Positions 24,608-27,319 of a DNA stretch of 27,319 nucleotides are shown here, one piece after another. This DNA comes from a bacterium. GTDB taxonomy: Bacteria; Sysuimicrobiota; Sysuimicrobiia; Sysuimicrobiales; Humicultoraceae. The notes under the pieces are model-generated. The model was not told the origin of the DNA, did no database searches, and saw nothing but the letters and a program-made list of their open reading frames with translations. Location: the NCBI GenBank assembly GCA_041497675.1, contig JBGQGY010000036.1, forward strand, positions 1 to 27,319, written 5' to 3'. The first letter of the stretch is position 1; each line of letters begins with the position of its first letter. The position numbers and the translations under genes were made by a program.

Positions 24608-26410
24608 CTACAGTGAGGGCGCCGTCGGGGCGGCCACGCGCTCGGCGGGGACGGCGTCCAGCATCTGGAGCCGCAGTAACCGCGCGTACACGCCGTCACG
24701 GGCCAGGAGGTCGTCGTGACGCCCCTCTTCGACGATCGTGCCTTGGTCGAGGACGACGATCCGATCGGCGCGCCGAACCGTCGACAGCCTGTGGGCGATG
24801 ATGAAGGTGGTCCGGCCGCGCGCCACGCTGTCCATGGCCTCCTGGATCAAGGTCTCGGACTCGCTGTCCAACGCCGACGTCGCTTCATCAAGGATCAAGA
24901 GCCGCGGATTGTCCAACAGCGCGCGGGCGATGGCCAGCCGCTGGCGTTGGCCGCCCGACAACTGCATGCCGTCATCCCCCAAGAGCGTATCGTACCCGTC
25001 GGGCAGCGCCGTGATGAACTCGTGGGCGTTGGCCGCCGTTGCCGCGGCGACGACCTCTTCGCGCGATGCGTCGGGCCGCGCGTATGCGATGTTATCGCGC
25101 ACCGTGCCGCGAAAGAGCACGGTTTCCTGCGGGACCAGGCCGATCTGACGCCGCAGCGAGCGCACTGTGACCGCGCGGAGATCCCACCCGTCGATCTCCA
25201 CCCGGCCTTCCGTGGGATCGTAGAACCGGGCGATCAAGTTGGCCAGCGTCGTCTTGCCGGCACCGGAGAGACCGACGAAGGCGACGCGTTCGCCAGGCGC
25301 CACATCGAGCGTCAGGTTCCTCAGCGCCCACTGGTCGGGGGCGTAGGCGAATGACACCTTGTCGAAGCGTACCCGGCCGATGATCGACGGCAGCGTCGCG
25401 GCCCCCGGCGAGTCGGGCAGACCGCCGGCTTCGTCCAGCAGCGCGCGCACGCGGCCAAATGCGCCCATGGCCTGGCGCAGTTCGGCGTAGTACTTCATGG
25501 AACCATTGGCCGGTTCCACGGCCAGCGTAATGTAGGTCAGGAACGCGACGAGCGTGCCCGGGGTCAGATGCCCGGTCGTCACGCGCTGCCCGCCGACCCA
25601 GAGCACCAGGACGATCCCAAGCGCCGTCAGGAAACTTACCACCGGCACCTGGAGCGCGATCATTCGTGCGATGCGAAGGTTCGCCCCAAAGACGCGCTCG
25701 TTCGCATCGCGGAACCGTCCGATTTCTCGGTCCTCGCCCGTGAAGGCGCGGATGATCCGCGCACCGGCGAAGGCTTCGCGGATCAGGCTCGCCAGGCTGG
25801 CGACGTGCGTCTGCGCCACGACGGTCGTGCCCTGGATTTCCCGGCCGAAGCGCCGCGCCAGCCACAGCACCGCGGGGATGACCGTGGCGGTCGCCAGCGA
25901 GAGTTGCCAGTCGATCCAGAACAGCATCACGATCGTGCCGACGACCATCAACACACACGACAACCCGTCCACGATGCCGAGGAGCAACTGCGTCTGGACG
26001 ATTTGCGTGTCCTGCAGGCTGCGCGCGATCGCGTCACCGCTCTGCCACACGGCAAACCGATCGAGCGACCAACGTTGGATTCGTGTGAAGAGGTCCAGCC
26101 GCAGGTCGGCCGTGACGCGGTGGCTCAAGAAGAACGTGAAGTAGATTTGCACGAAGAGCCCCACGCTGCGCACGCCGAAGATCCCCAGCAACAAGAGGGC
26201 GCCGTGATTGAGCGCGTTGAAAGATACGGTCCTGATCAGCGTGTCGATGAGTGCGCCCGCATAGCGGGGGACGGCCAGGTTGATAAGGGTGATGAGCAGC
26301 ATGCTGATGGTCGCCGCCGCGACCTGTAGGCGGTACCGCAGGATGTAGCCGGCCAGCCGGGCGAGATCGCTGGACCGCCGCCCGTCGGTCGTGGGTGGGG
26401 TGCCGCTCAT
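24608..26410 (-). CDS. MsbA-like ABC exporter (TMD+NBD), possible glycolipid/lipid A flippase
   Basis: N-terminal TM domain, GLSGAGKTT, VPQE, LSGGQRQR, ILDEATSALD, IAHRL. Lies directly downstream of an LpxB-like gene (ATGA overlap). Confidence 0.9.
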   Translation of the reverse strand: MSGTPPTTDGRRSSDLARLAGYILRYRLQVAAATISMLLITLINLAVPRYAGALIDTLIRTVSFNALNHGALLLLGIFGVRSVGLFVQIYFTFFLSHRVTADLRLDLFTRIQRWSLDRFAVWQSGDAIARSLQDTQIVQTQLLLGIVDGLSCVLMVVGTIVMLFWIDWQLSLATATVIPAVLWLARRFGREIQGTTVVAQTHVASLASLIREAFAGARIIRAFTGEDREIGRFRDANERVFGANLRIARMIALQVPVVSFLTALGIVLVLWVGGQRVTTGHLTPGTLVAFLTYITLAVEPANGSMKYYAELRQAMGAFGRVRALLDEAGGLPDSPGAATLPSIIGRVRFDKVSFAYAPDQWALRNLTLDVAPGERVAFVGLSGAGKTTLANLIARFYDPTEGRVEIDGWDLRAVTVRSLRRQIGLVPQETVLFRGTVRDNIAYARPDASREEVVAAATAANAHEFITALPDGYDTLLGDDGMQLSGGQRQRLAIARALLDNPRLLILDEATSALDSESETLIQEAMDSVARGRTTFIIAHRLSTVRRADRIVVLDQGTIVEEGRHDDLLARDGVYARLLRLQMLDAVPAERVAAPTAPSL

Positions 26411-27318
26411 TGCGGGGAGACCCGCGGGCCGGTCTGTGGCGCGATCGCATCCACGATGGCCCGCGCGCCGCCCACCGTCCGCGGGATGACGGCCAGGGCC
26501 TCCACGAGCCGGCGCCGGGCGCCCTCGTCCTGCAGCAGTCGCGCGCTTTCGTCGGCGACCTCGGCGGGCGTCACGTCGCCGCTCAATTCTGGCATGATGC
26601 GCTGCCCGGCGCGCATGTTCGGCAAGGCGAGGTAGGGCCGCTTCCTCTTATGGTACACGAGCAACAGGCGCCTCAACCCGGGACCCAACAACGGCGGGCG
26701 TGTGATCCACCCAAGCACGCCTTCGAGCGGGGCGACCATCGCGACGCTCGCAGGCCCAACGACAATACTGGGAATCCGCATGACGGCGAGCTCGAGCGTG
26801 TTGGCGCCGGGGATGGTGAGGACGAGATCGGAGTCGAGGATGTGCGACCAGCCGCCGTGGGCGACTTCGATGCCGGCGGCGTCGAGGTCGCGGCGGTGCC
26901 GGCTGATGATGCTCTGCTGGACATGGGGCGCAACGTAGGGAGAGACGACGAGGCGGAGGCGGACGCCGGGGAGCCGCTGCCGGAGGGCGGTGGCGGTGCG
27001 GACCCAAAAGGGGAAGAAGGCCGAGAAAACTGGGTTGCGACTGCCGCAGAGGAGGGTGACCTGCGGCGGGGTGCCATTGCCGTTATGGCTCACCAGGGTT
27101 CGATTGGGGAGCGCGTCGTGGCGGGGATCACCAGTGACGAGGAGTTTGGCGGCGGGGACCCCGTAGCGGATGAGGCGCTCGGCGAGATCGGAGGTGGGGA
27201 TGAAGATGCGCTCAAAGGGGTGATGGATCCGGGCGATGTGGGCGCGCTCGACGAAAGCGAAGGCGCGGGCACGCCAGCGGCGGGCGAGACGCTTGCTGTA
27301 CCAGAAACTGCCGCCGAC
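26407..27318 (-). CDS. LpxB-like (GT-B) glycosyltransferase, 5'-truncated by the right window edge
   Basis: The frame stays open to the edge (VGGSFWYSKRLARR...GVPAAKLLVTGDP...). Motifs LLCGSR, DLVLTIPGANTLELA, YLALPNMRAGQRIMPELSG resemble LpxB PGSR / SGTxTLE / LPN...PEL. Confidence 0.75.
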   Translation of the reverse strand, partial: VGGSFWYSKRLARRWRARAFAFVERAHIARIHHPFERIFIPTSDLAERLIRYGVPAAKLLVTGDPRHDALPNRTLVSHNGNGTPPQVTLLCGSRNPVFSAFFPFWVRTATALRQRLPGVRLRLVVSPYVAPHVQQSIISRHRRDLDAAGIEVAHGGWSHILDSDLVLTIPGANTLELAVMRIPSIVVGPASVAMVAPLEGVLGWITRPPLLGPGLRRLLLVYHKRKRPYLALPNMRAGQRIMPELSGDVTPAEVADESARLLQDEGARRRLVEALAVIPRTVGGARAIVDAIAPQTGPRVSPQ

Positions 27319-27319
27319 G

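Noticed and set aside
27090..27272. 60-aa Ser/Pro-rich ORF, and the 27093 start for the last gene
   Set aside because: The LpxB-like frame is open to the window edge, so the small ORF is an off-frame shadow and 27093 is an internal codon.
1..27319. CRISPR arrays, tandem repeats, IS elements, prophage or defence genes
   Set aside because: Intergenic gaps are all under about 130 nt, I saw no repeated units, and no ORF carries transposase, integrase, Cas or nuclease motifs.

Overview
GC-rich bacterial chromosomal segment, densely coding (about 28 CDS, two cut by the window edges). I see no rRNA, tRNA, CRISPR array, transposase, integrase or phage gene. From left to right: (1) a minus-strand module of a membrane-anchored NEW3/Ig-like protein, an ABC ATPase and the start of an ABC-2 permease; (2) a YumC-type ferredoxin-NADP+ reductase divergent from a MoeB-rhodanese (MoeZ-type) gene and two tandem Zn-dependent MDR dehydrogenases; (3) a promoter-led SufA/IscA + Nfu Fe-S carrier pair, a terminator, then an archaeal-type RtcB RNA ligase, acyl-CoA dehydrogenase, YitJ (homocysteine methyltransferase/MTHFR) and an SRPBCC protein with a long acidic/Arg-rich tail; (4) an Mrp/ApbC ATPase lacking its CxxC, an LptA/OstA protein, class I FBP aldolase, an atypical shikimate dehydrogenase and a third MDR; (5) a MoaD-MoaE fusion divergent from an M48 peptidase and a PHP hydrolase; (6) a minus-strand envelope operon (LpxB-like, MsbA-like ABC, GT2, O-antigen ligase-like, GT2, second LpxB-related GT). 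The mix of Firmicute-like Fe-S genes, LPS-type genes and probable leaderless genes suggests a diderm Terrabacteria lineage such as Armatimonadota or relatives (inference only). The window is mostly housekeeping. The best leads are the Fe-S carrier/RtcB linkage, the in-frame split-NfuA arrangement, the CxxC-less Mrp, the SRPBCC-IDR protein and the double-LpxB envelope operon. All calls come from motif recognition by eye; no searches were run.
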